64,000 bases of DNA. Origin: Ascidiella aspersa (taxonomy: Eukaryota). The position numbers and the translations under genes were made by a program. The notes under the pieces were generated by a model. It did not search any database, was not told the origin of the DNA, and worked only from the letters and a program-made list of their open reading frames with translations. Shown in pieces: positions 1 through 13,550 of this stretch (positions within the stretch are counted from its first letter, which is position 1; the number at the start of each line of letters is the position of its first letter). The stretch lies in NCBI GenBank assembly GCA_963924565.1, contig OZ004613.1, positions 24,180,001 through 24,244,000 of the forward strand, written 5' to 3'.

Positions 1-3000
1 GGGAACGCTGGCAAATACGTGGGGCGAAAGCACGCTCGAAGAAAGTGAGGGAAAGCGATCGACCACCAACGATACAAGCTCCCCATTGTATCTGCAAATG
101 CAACCGATTTTTTTTCAATTTTTATAATTCTTTGTAACTGCGATATAGGGCGGATTAATTGGCATCTCAACGTTTACTGATTTTTGCGATATATTCGGAA
201 AAGCACGACTTATAGGTGTTTTGAAAAGTGTGTGGATAAAGTGAACGAACAAATATGCTGTTGCTACCAGGCATATATTATCCTAAAATAAGTTCGTCTA
301 GTATATATTTTTTTGCAAATATATACCAGAAGAACTTGTTTTTATTAAAGTGAACGAACTATATGCACGGATCTGTAATGTATAGCTTGATAATAATTTC
401 ATAGGCAAATAGGTCGAGTATATAGCCTTTAGATCGACATTAGAGATAAAAGTTCGTACAGAAACGTCTTAATCAAGATGATGTCGATCTACTCGACCTT
501 TTTGGCTTTGAAATTCATTATTAAAATACTGTGCGTATTATAAATAAACAACAATGGCAAATTGTCAATTTTGCAAACGTTAGCAATGCAAATACAAAAA
601 TCGATGTCTTGTACAGTAAAATATGATTCTGTTTTGAGCAATTTTTTCAGTTCTAAGTGTTCATAAATAAATTGTCACATGGTATACATAAATGACAATT
701 GAAGAAAATGAATGTACTCTTTACAATAAAAGTTATTTCGCTCCCGGAAAAAAATTTTAACAATTTTTCTATGTAATGTCGAGCTATATTGTCGGGGGTT
801 GCTCACCTTTCCTAAGTTTTTACATAAGGCCACTCTATTTTGAGCATAATATTTTATGGCACAGAGCAGTCTCCAGGGGGCCACGAACATCTATTTTCTG
901 ATTATAATTTTTATTATGACTTCTTTATTATCATATTTTTATTATCATATCCTTGTTTCGTTCCGTTATGTATTTTCCAAAACGTTGATAGGTTATAGAC
1001 GGTGCCACCAGTAATAAAAGGCCGAGAACCACTGCGGTATAGTGTATAGTGATGTCACCAATACGGAATAGGATTCGATGCCCTCGTGATAATCTATTAC
1101 AAAAGGTATTGAGCATTGGTTTACAATTAAACGCAGTATTGACAATTTAAAATGAAAATTTGTGTTATCATACGCAAGATATTTATGTGTCATTTTAGTC
1201 ACCACACTCAATCCGAGTCAACTTATTTCGACAAAAAAACAGTTTGTGTTTTACAGAAGTCAAGTCCCGAATCATTGCAACAGCAAGTCAAATCATTACT
1301 ATCAAGCAGTTGAAATCAATAACCTAAGTCCATTTTGATAATTTTATATTGCAACCACTAAAACAAACAGATATAAACTGTTTGATGGATAAAACCAAAT
1401 TTAACTTAAGCCATGTGTCTAAAACAACCTAAGTCCGCGTCAAGCCAAATAAAGTCATGTCACACAGAATAATGAAGCCAAGCCAAGCTGAAAAATAAAT
1501 CAAAGGGTACTTAAGTCAAGCCATTGAATTAATTCTTTACGAAGTCGGTAATGACGTCATTTGGCGTCTGGAAGGAATGTTCCAGAATAGCGGTATCGAT
1601 TTGAAAAGAAATCGAGTATTGGACATTCCTTTAGCCGCATTTCATGTATAGCAGCATAAACACCGCTTATCATTCAACTAAAACCCCGCATATATTGTTG
1701 CTTGTCCATAGCGAAATCGAAATAACACGATACAAAAATCGATCAGCTTATCCTAACGGCGAACGAATAGAGCTTTAATCGACATTCAACATGCGAATTA
1801 CATATAGTCATCAATCCCAAGAAGATACATCGAACGATTTGTACTCGTTACAATCGATATAAACGCTATTGCGTGTCACGGAATGTACTGAGTTTTCAAA
1901 CGGTTCTCTGCTGACAAAATGACTAAACGAACACAATCTTAACAGTTGGCTTTCCTAAAGATTTGGAAGGAGCCGAAATAAAAAAAAACAATTGCTCGAT
2001 GCGCATTTTCCATCGCGCATTTATACGTTTTTTTTTATTTTTGTCATTTATAACTTTTGTGTAGTACACAAAAAAATGGTCGCACAATTTAGTGTCGAAA
2101 ACCAACAGGTATACTTAAAAAGTCGCACACGTAAAAAATAACGCTCACCAATAGGCTTTTCCGAGGAGTAGCGAACCAACACCAATGTATACCAATCGAC
2201 TGATTTCGGTATGGCCTACAGCCCTTAAACAATGAAAACTTAGCACTCCATAAAAGACAATGGCCGTCTAATAGCACCATGCACTTTTCAGTTGTCAAAG
2301 AATAGGTTGAAGCTTCGTTTAGATTTGGACATAACTTAATTTGGTGGTTTAATAGCGAACAAACAATAAGACCTATACAAATCGACAATCAAAGCGGAAT
2401 TATCTATAATACCACATTATTAAGATCAACAACACAAAAAAACTAAATACGCAGGAATATCTACGACCGAATAGGTCCTACACTCGTCGGAATGGGACCT
2501 ATATGCACTAGTCTACATAAAGTCATAAAATATCTTTAAAAAGGGTAAAAAAACACATAAAACCCCCAAAGAGAATGGGACGATTGGGGCTGCCCTGTTG
2601 GTATCAACCGTTCTTACATCGACGTTTGGATGCAGATGTTTTGGTAACGGACTGTTTACCCTTATTTTGGGTTAGGGGTGGGTGCTATTCGAATTCTGCT
2701 GGGGTTGAAATTATTTGTGGATTAAATGATAAAGTTTGGGGCTGCGTCATGGGTTAGATAAAAAAGTGCGAAGATTTATTTTGGCAGTGTATGTCTTATT
2801 CTGACTGGTTCAGGTCTTAGTGAATTTAAACCAAATTATCATCAGGTTCAAGTCCGGTTTTGGTCTTATTCCCAACTGTGTATCATTCTAACAATTACGT
2901 TATTCTAATTCCGGCCTTATTTCTAGAGGTTTGAAAACAACATCGTGTAAACAAAAGACAACGCCACCTAAACAACAGCAATACCTGAACGCGTCTTCGG

Positions 3001-6000
3001 GAATTTCCCGGACAAATGGGAACCCCCTCAGGACGAGGTGCCTCAGGTTGGCGAGGGGGGCCAGGGAAGGAGACGGGAAACTGGTCAGGTTGCAATCGGA
3101 CAACTGAAGGCTGGTCAGTTGGCCAAGTCCGGAGAAGGCCCTGTCGTCAATCAACATCAGTAAGCGTTTAAAGCAGAGGTTCCCAAACTGGGGTCCGCTG
3201 GGCCAACTGGGGTCCGCGGACCACAAGAAGAATTAGTCTTTAAGTTTTTCAACATTAGACTTTAGCGAATGTTTTTAAACATTAGACTATGTTTTACGCA
3301 TTATCTGTCATCATTATTGTCTTTAGGTATTTCTTCTTATTCTATTATACAGCGTTTTGTGATGTTGTGACTCCATAAAGGATCTATTATATCTGCTTTT
3401 AGCGAATCGTTCGAATTAGTTAGAAAGTTGGTACATTAGAAGGAATCTTGACTGCACTAGTGTACTACAGGTAAAATGGGTCAACTGACCCATGAATTTT
3501 TATGGGGCCGCGAAATATCAAAATATTTGCAACGGGTCCACCGGGTAACATTTTTAGAAATGTTCGGGAACCACTGGTTTAGAGGCAATTTGTTCAAGCG
3601 GTGATTGTGTTTACCTTGTGGCGGTTTTGAGTGTTAAAACAAAGAAAGGTTAACACGAAATTGAAAAGTAGAAAAAATAAACAATTGAAAAAATAGTAAC
3701 TTTTCAGAAGGGCAAAAAAAATTGAAATCTAAAACAAGGGTTTGATTATATGTAATCGACGAAAAAGTATAGATCCAATGTCACCAATAGCAGTTATTAA
3801 ATAACTCTCTACGTTAACTTTGGTTCTATACAGCAGTGGTTCTCAAACTTTTTCTTGCAACTCCTTTGAATAAGTTTGTTGGACTTGCCAAGCAAAAGGG
3901 TTTTACTATAATATTCAGTAAAATTGTTGCACACCAGTCAATTTATATGTTTGTTTTAAAATATCATGATCAATTTCTGCATTTTTTGTAATAACACGTT
4001 CAAATATCAGTAGATTAGAATACTTGTAAGCATTAAATTATCAATAGAGTTTGCATACCAAACAAAACCACTAAGCGACGTAATTGGAAAATCAAAAAAA
4101 CGTGCACCCGAAGGTCGCAAAGCACAGTTTCAGAACCGCTGCTATACAGTATACACTATACACCAGGGGTTCTTAAACTTTTTTTATGGCGGACCCCTAA
4201 AATTTTCTTCACCCCCAAGGGGTCCATGGACCCCAGTTTAAGAACCCCTGCTATACACCAATGTTCCATCGGAGTTGTGTGCCTATAATGCCTAACATCT
4301 GTTACAATATGCCTTGTATAGTCCGTGTTTCAAAAATGGATGATTCCGTAAATGACGAATCTAAACCTACTCGGGCGAAATGTACAGGATCGGATTCCAG
4401 CGCAAATCCAAGTGCGTCAGGCTGTCCAGGGCTTGAAAGGTGCCGCCCAGCAAGACGACAATGCGGTTTGCGGCCAGGTTGAGGCGCGTCATTTGCGGCA
4501 ACGATGCCACGAAAACGTCGGTTTCCAAGACGCGCAGACGATTGTCGCTCAAATCGACCGAAGTCAGTTGCGGAAATTCGCTGTAACGAAAACGCATAGT
4601 GGTTAACCCAGTTGTGGCCAACCTTGTAGAGCCTGTGCGAAAAGTTGGGCATTGTACTATTATAAGTGCCGCAATATACCCTGAAGCTGGGTTGTAATGA
4701 CAATATGTGATATTTTTGGTTCAAAATATCGCTTTTTCACCAATTTCATCATTTTTAAATTAAAAAAAATTTTTTTTTTTTTAAGAAACTAACTTAATTG
4801 GAGTTTATCGTTGTAAATAAGGTGTGAAGCTTTTCTTAAATTTTTATTGTGCCCTTCGCGAAGCACAACTAAGTGCTACATTGGATCGGCCTAATTTTGT
4901 TCCCAACTGCATAGAATAAGCAAGCTCCGCGCGTTAAAGGAAAACTTATGACAATTTATTGGTCTATATATAGGACGCGTGGAAACTTGCCGAAACTCTC
5001 TACTTTCCGAATATTATGTTCTTGTTCTTTTTTCCCAATCCCGATTTTTGGACCATTGTGTTTATTCTAAGTTCTTTGGTGTACTGTATTGCTTAATATA
5101 AAGTGACATAAATGACCAAAGTTCAAATTATCGGGTCAAAATGCATTTAAAAATAACGTAGTGATATACAAAATAAATGTAGGCCTATACTAATTAAAAT
5201 AAACTGCGTAAATTTGCTATGCTTACGAGGTTTCATAACTTGCTATAAATTTGATATAGCAAATACACGAACGTATACTTTGCAAAATAAACTGCTTACA
5301 TTACAATGTTTCAGAGGTTCCATAACTTGCTATAGTTTTTAACACATATTTTTGGGTTTTTCAGAACATGCGAAGATTGAAAACAACGTCAACCTCACAT
5401 TTCTGTTTGGAAGCTATGCCACAGCGAAAAAACAGACTGTTCTTTTGCTTTTTCCTGGTATTTGTTTGATTTGTTTAGTTTTTCCGTCACGAATTCAAGC
5501 CGGTGCGCGTTTAACCCTAACATGAAAGGTCGAACCTGATCGAACACCGCTATCGACCCAAGCCGTCTAGGACTCTAGGTTCATGTCCTCGCCAGAAACC
5601 TATGTGACTTGTTTCATGCGGTGCTGTGTCTCCTTTCTGTTTACAGTGGGCTACGCGCCGATAAGCCGAATAGTTCGAACCGATATTTTTCGAGGTGCTC
5701 ATAAATTATAAAGTGCCAAAACGAACTGTCTTAATAACGTAGGACGGTTTATAGAGTATTACAATAAAAATTGGAGCTTGATATTACTGTCGAAACTATT
5801 TGGAACTGCGTCTCAATCATGTTGTTTAAAAACACAATGGTGAAGTGAAAATTACTTTTAAATAAACACTTGGCAGCGTACAAAAATAAGAAAAACTGTC
5901 GGGAATATTTACATTTAGAATAAAGTCGCTGATAAAGCGTTTGCAGCAATTTTATAAACTTTAGCAAACATTGTGACATGGCTGGTGCAGTTAAAGTAAA

Positions 6001-6589
6001 AGCTTAAAGCTATAGGTGCATAGGTTAAGCCACGTAGACGTTTACGATTTATACAATAAAGCCAAACTATGTCTACACACGCGCGGTAACGTGGCCTCTT
6101 TTCAGCAAGGCCGTAAGCTATTTTGCTCCGCCCCTTAGAGGGCAATTAGAGGGCGGGGGAAAGCTCTTATGCGAGGCCACAATCTGGGATAAAAAGTTAA
6201 TCTCGAGGCCGTAATAGCCTTTAACGCCGGATCAGCGTTTAGATAGCTCACTAAATCTTTTACCTGAATGTTCCGCTTTCGATATTGCTCAACCGGTTCT
6301 TTGAGATATCGAAGTAAGTCAGGCCAACTAGACGACTTAAGTGCTCCGGACGAAGCGTCACGTCGCCCAAGACCCAGTTTTTCCTGAGCGCCAGGGTGCG
6401 AGTGCGTGCCGGAATCAGAAAGGGCAGCACCTCGTTAATGTCCAGGTCCATGCCGGTACAGGCGACGCGGTATCGCAGAGGATCGCAGCGACAGAACTTA
6501 TCGCGACCGCCAAGGCAGGCGGCGGCGCCGTCGGCAATGGACAGCACAATGTTAACCAGCGTTAGCTTGGCTCCAAGAAGGAGTTTCAT
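1..6589 (-). CDS. LINGO1: LINGO-family leucine-rich-repeat receptor, 5' part (signal peptide, LRRNT, LRRs); continues beyond window start
   Basis: Exons 6589-6264, 4580-4371, 3140-2985, 91-<1, all GT-AG and all phase 2. Spliced protein MKLLLGAKLTLVNIVLSIADG...CRCDPLRYRVAC...NRIVVLLGGTFQALDSLTHLDLRWNPILYISPEAFSGLGQLTSLQLSDCNLTSFPSPSLAPLANLRHLVL aligns by eye with vertebrate LINGO1 (NKIVILLDYMFQDL...[28 protein letters not shown]). The paralog number is not resolvable. The first coding exon probably starts at the acceptor at 6882. Confidence 0.85.
359..524. mobile_element. Family-1 hammerhead element, degenerate palindromic copy
   Basis: TATGCACGGATCTGTAATG arm plus opposite arm GAAACGTCTTAATCAAGATGATGTCGATCTACTCGACCTTTTTGGCTTTG (461-510). 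Confidence 0.65.
2350..2925 (+). repeat. Same dispersed repeat family, diverged copy
   Basis: GGGACGATTGGGGC..TCGACGTTTGGA..GGGTTAGGGG..GGTCTTATTCCCAACTGTG. Confidence 0.55.
3174..3576. mobile_element. hAT-type MITE
   Basis: TIR CAGAGGTTCCCAAA / TTCGGGAACCACTG; 8-bp TSD GTTTAAAG / GTTTAGAG. Confidence 0.75.
3834..4141. mobile_element. hAT-type MITE
   Basis: TIR CAGTGGTTCTCAAACT / AGTTTCAGAACCGCTG; perfect TSD CTATACAG. Confidence 0.85.
4164..4250. mobile_element. 87-bp hAT-type MITE
   Basis: Perfect TIR CAGGGGTTCTTAAACT; perfect TSD CTATACAC. Confidence 0.9.
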
Positions 6590-6904
6590 GTCTTTTGCGG
6601 TGATGCTTTGGCGGCGGGAGAGGCGACTCTTCGGGGTCGCAGCATCATTATCGCCGACGCGACGAAGCGATGCGCTGCTGGGTCCTCATCAATTTTTCAC
6701 GCTCAGCGGATCCGGGATCGCACGAATCGATATGTGGGGAAGCGGGAATTTGGATTTTTCTCGCTAAAGCGTCGTGACGTATGACGGATGGCGTTTCGAA
6801 GGTTTGCAGCAGAAATGTTGCCGGTAATTTTAAGGTTTATAACGATTGGCCTGTGACTCACCTGTTTCCACTTGCTAAGATCTGCAAAAACAAACCTATT
6901 AAAC

Positions 6905-7226
6905 CAGAGGTTCTTAAACTTGGGTACGTAGACTAGTTTTAAGGGGACCATGAAGGCCTAATTGAATTATTAGTGTATATTAAAAAAGTAATTGCATTTT
7001 TAAAGCAAATAGTTTGATCAAAAATAAAACGTTTTTGCACTGAATGTATTTAGACCCTATCTCACTATTACATTTTTGGACCGTAAACAGCAGATTTCTG
7101 AAGTCTATATTTGCATTGTGACGTAAATTTATGACGTCTTCTCTTAAAATTTCTTGCCTACACTGGTCCATGCAAAGCAAAATATGTTTTAAGGGGTCCG
7201 CGGTAAAAAAAGTTTAGGAACCCCTG
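6905..7226. mobile_element. hAT-type MITE
   Basis: TIR CAGAGGTTCTTAAACT / AGTTTAGGAACCCCTG; TSD TATTAAAC / TGTTAAAC. Confidence 0.8.
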
Positions 7227-7334
7227 TGTTAAACTGTTTGCATACTTTTAGCAAATATGAAACTATACAACACAATTTAAACAGTATTGCCGAATCCTAA
7301 AATCAAAATTCTACGTGCTATTTACAAGGACTCC

Positions 7335-7930
7335 AGCCCAAAATAAGAACAACATCAACGTCGGAGTAAAACACAGTTCGGAATTAATCCAAACTAGGAA
7401 TAATCCATTATAGTCATAGTACCGTCTTAATCGGAATAAGACTTGAGTGGCCAGAATCAGGCCTATGCAACATTTTACCTAGCCCAAAACCTAACCCCTA
7501 AGTACAGCACTAACTCCCCTAATAATTTCAACCTTAGCCCATTTTCTAACCCCACCCATTACCCACCAATAACCCAAAACAGGGCCAAAAATCCGGAGCC
7601 AAAACAACTGCGCCCTAACAGTAACCGTTCAAAATAGGGTGCCTAAACGTCGACACCTAAAACGGCCAATGCCAGACCGATAGCCCCCGATCGTCCGATA
7701 CAGTCTCCCTACAGTTACAGGCGTTATTTGGGCCAATTTGGCCTTATTTGGATGAATTTAGGACTTATTCCGACAGTTTTGTGTCCTGTTTGGACGATTA
7801 AGTTTTTATGCTTTTGTGGATACTATTGCGTATTTGGTTTTATTATGTCGGTGGTCTTAATACTATGGTCTGATTGATTTTTCTGCTTTAGATATATTGT
7901 TGCTTTTTAGGTTTTATGTGTGTTCCCGTT
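7335..7930 (-). repeat. Dispersed repeat with TCTTATTCCGA-type subrepeats and a telomere-like CCCTAA core
   Basis: Reverse-complement homology to 42236-42830 and ~2350-2925; weaker copy at ~19725-20005. Confidence 0.65.
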
Positions 7931-10900
7931 TACAAATTCCATCACACATCTGAACAATTTAAAGTTTCTTGTTTGCATTTTATCAACGCATATATAAATT
8001 AAACCTTTCAGGACTATGAACTTTTTTTTCTTTCAGAGAGTTAAATTGGCGAACGCTTACCGGTTTTTGAAATTGTGTCGAACTTAATTAGCTTGAATAT
8101 TTTAATCATTAAACAAAGGAATTATAAACAATACTAAAAACTGTTTAGAGCTTTACGAGATTGTAGTTCGGTTAGTTTGTCATCCAGATTTAGCGTTGAA
8201 TCGCATCTGCCATATTTTAATTGCATTCTATCTTATTCGAGCAAGATTCCGCGGGTCGTAGTTTGCTGACCCATGCTTAAAGAACGTTGTAAATTTTACC
8301 ATAAAAATTAAATCCTGTTTGTTTTTTTGAAAATCCCCAATGTTGATATTTTCTTCAAAGCTTACAAGGCGTATACAAGGTGGTCGCCCTATCAGCAACA
8401 ACCGGAATGACAAAAATCAGAAAAAATTCAATAAAGTTCTGACCAAGCCAAATACGTTACGAGGCAAAATAAAATCAACAGTTGACTTTTCGGCGAAAGT
8501 AAAAATACTAAACTTCCGACGCATCAAGCGCCTAATTAAAACCGGCCAACCAGAAACATACCTCAACTCTATTAAAAAAACATCTAAAACAATAAACTTA
8601 CATTAGCGATAAAGTGGGAGATATTCGTATTGTTGAGGCGTTTCTAGCAAAATCTGGATGCGTTTACATGGGGGCTGTACTGCAATCTATAAGCTGCCTT
8701 GTTATCTAAGCTGCCTTGGAAAAACCACGACAGACTATAGACGTAGTTATCGACAGTGTCTACTCTGAGTCATAGATGTGGGCTCTTGCACACGAAAAAG
8801 GCACCACAAAATCAAAATTCGCCACTCGAGCCAAATCAATAGCGACAATGTAAAGATTGTGTAAGCCCAATAATCCGCAAATATTGCATCCATAAAAGGC
8901 GAAGGCGTGTATACACCATTGATACGATTCATTTATTGTTTCATTGCATGGGTGTGGTACACAACAAACAGGTTCTGAATTACATTACGACTAAAGTGGT
9001 AAATATATATTCCGCGACTCGTTAAGAATGCCTTCACTTAAGAAATTGTTTTTTAAGTGTAACGATATGCTGATAGCCGTCTTAAATAACTGCTGGGAGG
9101 TAATTTGCCTACTATACATAATACAAAAACGTCCATTACTTCTTTTCAAAAACAACCTTATGTCTCTAGTTGATAAACCCTTTTTTCTGATTAATAATGT
9201 CTTATCAGGACTTTACAAAAAAAACTTTTACCTTTATCAGGTTTTCACCGCTATATAGGGTTTTGCGCTTTTATAACGTTTTGTATTAATTTAGCAAAGA
9301 CGAACTTTTAACGGGCCATGTTGCGACCATGAGGTCAGTGTTGGTGTTTTATCACAGTTTTAACTGTTTGTAAACAAACGTTTTTAGATTTAAAGGTAGC
9401 CTATATTTTTCTAAATAAGAATAGTCTTGAGTTGCATTTGTTCTTTAATCACCCATATATATCTATATATACAAATGAAGCCAATTAGCAATTTTCAATA
9501 CGCTGAATACTGTTCATTACCAGTCGTTTAAAATAAAATGTAGATTTATTAACCATGTTGGGCTAGGCCGGTTGCTAATATTTTGTAAAAGCTCTATATT
9601 TAAAAATTAACTAACAAAGAGCCGAGACTTTCTGCTTTCTGAAGTCTGGTTGGTTTATTTTCTGAAGTCTGGTTGGTTTATATATATATATATATAGCAG
9701 AAGTCACTAAGGTACAACCCGTGAGCAACATCCGGCCCGCAAAATTAATTCTTCGGCCCACGGCATGTTTACTAACGAAAATTAAGGAGTTGAAATGTTT
9801 TGGGATTGCAATTCTAAACTAAATTTTTATGACATTTGAACTAAAATTTAATAAGGCTCACAAAAATTGTTGTTGAACAGCTTGATTATGTTTATTTCAT
9901 TTAACGATTAACAAGGTAATAAAGTTTGTCACAAAATTTTATATACGGACCGTGAAACCCTTATAGTTATCCCACCCGCGGTGGTTATAGGCCTTGCGTT
10001 TTTTCTGATATAGTTAAATGTCTACACCTCTTTTTATGTTATTAATTTAATAATTTTGCCGTAGTTTCACGTTCCGTTTGCGTGGTGAATACTACTAAGT
10101 TTCATATCAATTATTTTTACCGTCAACCAAGTTAACCAAGGCTGATAAGCACTTTCGCGACAAGACGGAAATAAAACTTTGACTTTCTCCTTGACATTCT
10201 TTAAAAAGAACTAACTAACGGTCCAAAAATCGAAAAAGCCTGTTTTAGCTGTTCGTTAAATAGTTGTAATCAATAACAAATACACTTACCGGGCGCCCTT
10301 TAGCTGATCAAAATGACCCTGATGTCACATTAGCACTGGACACTGGTTTTAAATAGCATTGTGGGATAAAACTAGAAAAAAATCGATCGTAATGAAATTG
10401 TCCAGAGGAAAAGAAGGTACGAGACGAAAATGAATTTATAAACGTTCACTTATAAAACAAGTGTCAATAATATATAATTATACAGCTACTGCCATACTTT
10501 TCTTTATCCGCACAAAGATGCGCAAAGCGTTAAGATAAAATCAACACCAAGTTTGTCGACAAAAAACTTACATCTCTTACCAACTCTTACTATGGCCAGT
10601 TAATAGAGTTCAATTGACATTGGTTTTAGCAATTATCATTTTTGTGTTTAGGATTTAACTATTAATAAAGAGTAACATAATAATGTAAATCTTGTAATAA
10701 TACGGAAAATAAATAACAAATGCTATACATATGTGAGCCGACATCTTATTTTTTAAATAATATGTTTCGACGTTACATAAAAAGATATACAAAGTTTTCG
10801 TTGCACTCAACTAATAAGAACTAAATTAAAGACTGGTTGGACAAATTTATCTTTGCTGTCCGCCATTTAAAAGCTTCGTGGTTCACCAAACGGATTTATT

Positions 10901-13550
10901 GCGTTGCTCTATTTTTAAACGCCCTCTACCAAATCGCTGGACAACAGGCAAAACCAAGCCTGGCCTTTTCTGTGAAGTCGAAATGCCATTCGCAACGCGA
11001 TATCTATCCGTGTATAGCTTAATTATCAGACGGTCCGCCCGAAACTTTCTCATGGCGACGCAATCACGGCAGCGTACAAGAGATGTGAATTATTCACGAG
11101 GGCAAAACATGCCGCCCGGGCGTTTATCGAAACAAACTAAACAAGTGCGTTAATCTGCGGACTAATTTTGTTTTTCTCTCTCGCGCCTTGTGCTATGCGC
11201 GTTTAAAGGAGTAACACAAAGTTCTCCTGATGCTGTGCCGCGACACCTCATTAAAACTAAAAAAATAAAAAAATATAATAATAAAAAAAAATCGCAGTTG
11301 ATAACGCACAGTGACTTGTTGCAATAATCATATTGCGATCGAAATGCTAGCAAATAAATATAGGATATACTGTTTTAAGTAAACTATTAACGCAAATGCA
11401 TCGAAGAAGCGCTATATCTTCGTTAATAAGTCCAATATTAGTTTTCAAAATTTGCCCGCAAAACTTTCGCAAAATTACCCATCCTTTTGCTATTCTTTAG
11501 AGAAGAAACACTGTAAAAATATCGACAGCCTCACGTCAAGTATATTCTGCAATTGGGTCATAGGCTAGGCTTAGTTTTTCTGTTTTTCGCCCTTCGAAAA
11601 ATAGATATCAAGCTTGCCACCAGCAGTTTAACTTTTGAGGTCGGCCAAATAGTCACCTTGTCCCACCTGAACAGCAACGAACGAGCGTTCTGGGCGTCGG
11701 CCTGCTTGTTAAAAGGGGGGATAAGATAAACATTTCAATCAACGTTACTAAATGCGCCTGATGCAGTTGAAAACGAATCTCACATAGGCCTCTGCTGTTG
11801 TTAACTTTTTGTCGGGCGACTCTATTTAAAAAAATCGCTTAAACTTAAAACAATAGCTATTTTGTTCCAGGCGGGTTGCTTTTTATCCAAGAGCTTCACA
11901 GCAGTGATTGTAAACTGTTTTCTCTCGTACATCATCTGCATTCGAAAGAAAATAAAAAGAGCTAATAAAATCACGGAGAATTTCTCTGCGAAATTTGCTG
12001 TAAAATGCGTGGACCATATTGCACTTGACTGCCCGAAGTAACTCGTGACATTCGTTTGTAAGGTGTATCACGCTCTCAGAAAAAAGGCCGATAAGTCAAA
12101 CGACACAAGGGCCACAAAATGGCCTGTTCGGCAACGAGCAACATTTTGCCTGTTCACCCATTATACTATTTAATAATTCGAAACAAACAATAAGAGTAAA
12201 GTTTAACTGCGCCACGTTCTTTTATGTGGAATAATAAAATTTGCAATATATCTTTATTCCTAAAAGGGAATTTACCGGTGAGAAGTTATATAACTTGCTT
12301 CTGTAATCCTAAACCTTTATGAAACATTATACTTGACAGAAGTCATCATCTGACGCATTAAGTATCTATAACGACGAGTCGTGAATAAAACGCATTATCT
12401 TCCTTAATGAGGCAATTTCATTTTCACACCTTCCCTTAGCCTCGCAAACGCTCGATATCGTATGACTGGAAAACCTACAAAAAGGATCTTAGTAAGGCAA
12501 GCGCCCTTAGCCGATAAAGAAAATAATTCCCTCGAGGTTTAGCACTTTTCTTTGCCTCGCTATTCTGCAAAAACATAGACTAAGCAAGCACACGCTCCTC
12601 CAATGCAGTACTTTCAGACGCCCGTTTTAATCCCGCCTGAGAGACGTGCTGGCTTTGGTGACAAGCGAAAATTTTCCCCCTTTCAATATTTATGCTAATC
12701 CCAAAATGGGGGCCGACGAAGCAATAGACTTACAACGACCAAAGTATTGCGAAATAACTTCTTTAACGATGGCGGTCGTTTATCTGATAAACTCCGAAGA
12801 AGGACTTTACTTCCGAAGTGTTGGGACCAGTATAGATTACACTGTTCCCTGATAAACCCATTAAAAGTTGCAATATTGTACTAGAGGTGGCCTAGAGTTA
12901 ACGGACGAAATAAATTGTCACTTTTCAATGCGTTGGTTGTCGGTGGCTAAATTTACGTAAAGCTTCGTCGCCTAAATCAAATGAACATTACCTTAATTTG
13001 TTTAACATTTTTCTAATTTGTTTCTCATGAATGGTTTGCTATCTCGGCAAATCAATGTCTATATCATATCACTACTGATTAGTAATGTTTGCAAGTGTTT
13101 TCGTAAAGCGTTTTGGAGAAGAATGTATTTATTCTCAAACGGGTCAAAAGACTAATTTATTCACTAAATACTCTTGCAAAGTAAAATTATAAAAGTAAAT
13201 CAAAAAGTATCTACAAAAACTAGTATATATTGTAGCTGGCCGTCCGAAGCAGAAAGTTAAATTTCTTCATGAGGCATCTAAACCAAGGTGCAAGTCATTA
13301 AACATTCATGTCGTCCTTTCACACCGGCCATTGAAAAAACTCAGACAATCGGTGGTTAAGTTAGTTATTGGCAACAACTTAACACATAAAACCTTACAGT
13401 GTACTAAAAGGGCTTTGATTGCTCTTGTAAGGCAATATGGGCGAAACTAAAAAGTTTTTGACAAACTTTAGGGTGTGTTGTATACAAAAACCTTAGCCAT
13501 GATGCAAATATAAATCGTGATTCCAACAATAGTGATATTGTTATAAAAAC

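Noticed and set aside
4581-4633. Alternative acceptors at 4623 and 4633 for LINGO exon 2
   Set aside because: 4633 shifts the frame and 4623 breaks LRR spacing; 4581 restores the LRR register.
4261-6767. Plus-strand and alternative-frame ORFs over LINGO exons (also over RBP exons at 47602-49050 and the orphan gene)
   Set aside because: Shadows of GC-rich or long coding exons on the other strand.
12695-12790. Hammerhead-like CCGACGA-A-GCAATA...TATTGC-GAAA
   Set aside because: U4 is mutated and I could not build convincing stems I and III.
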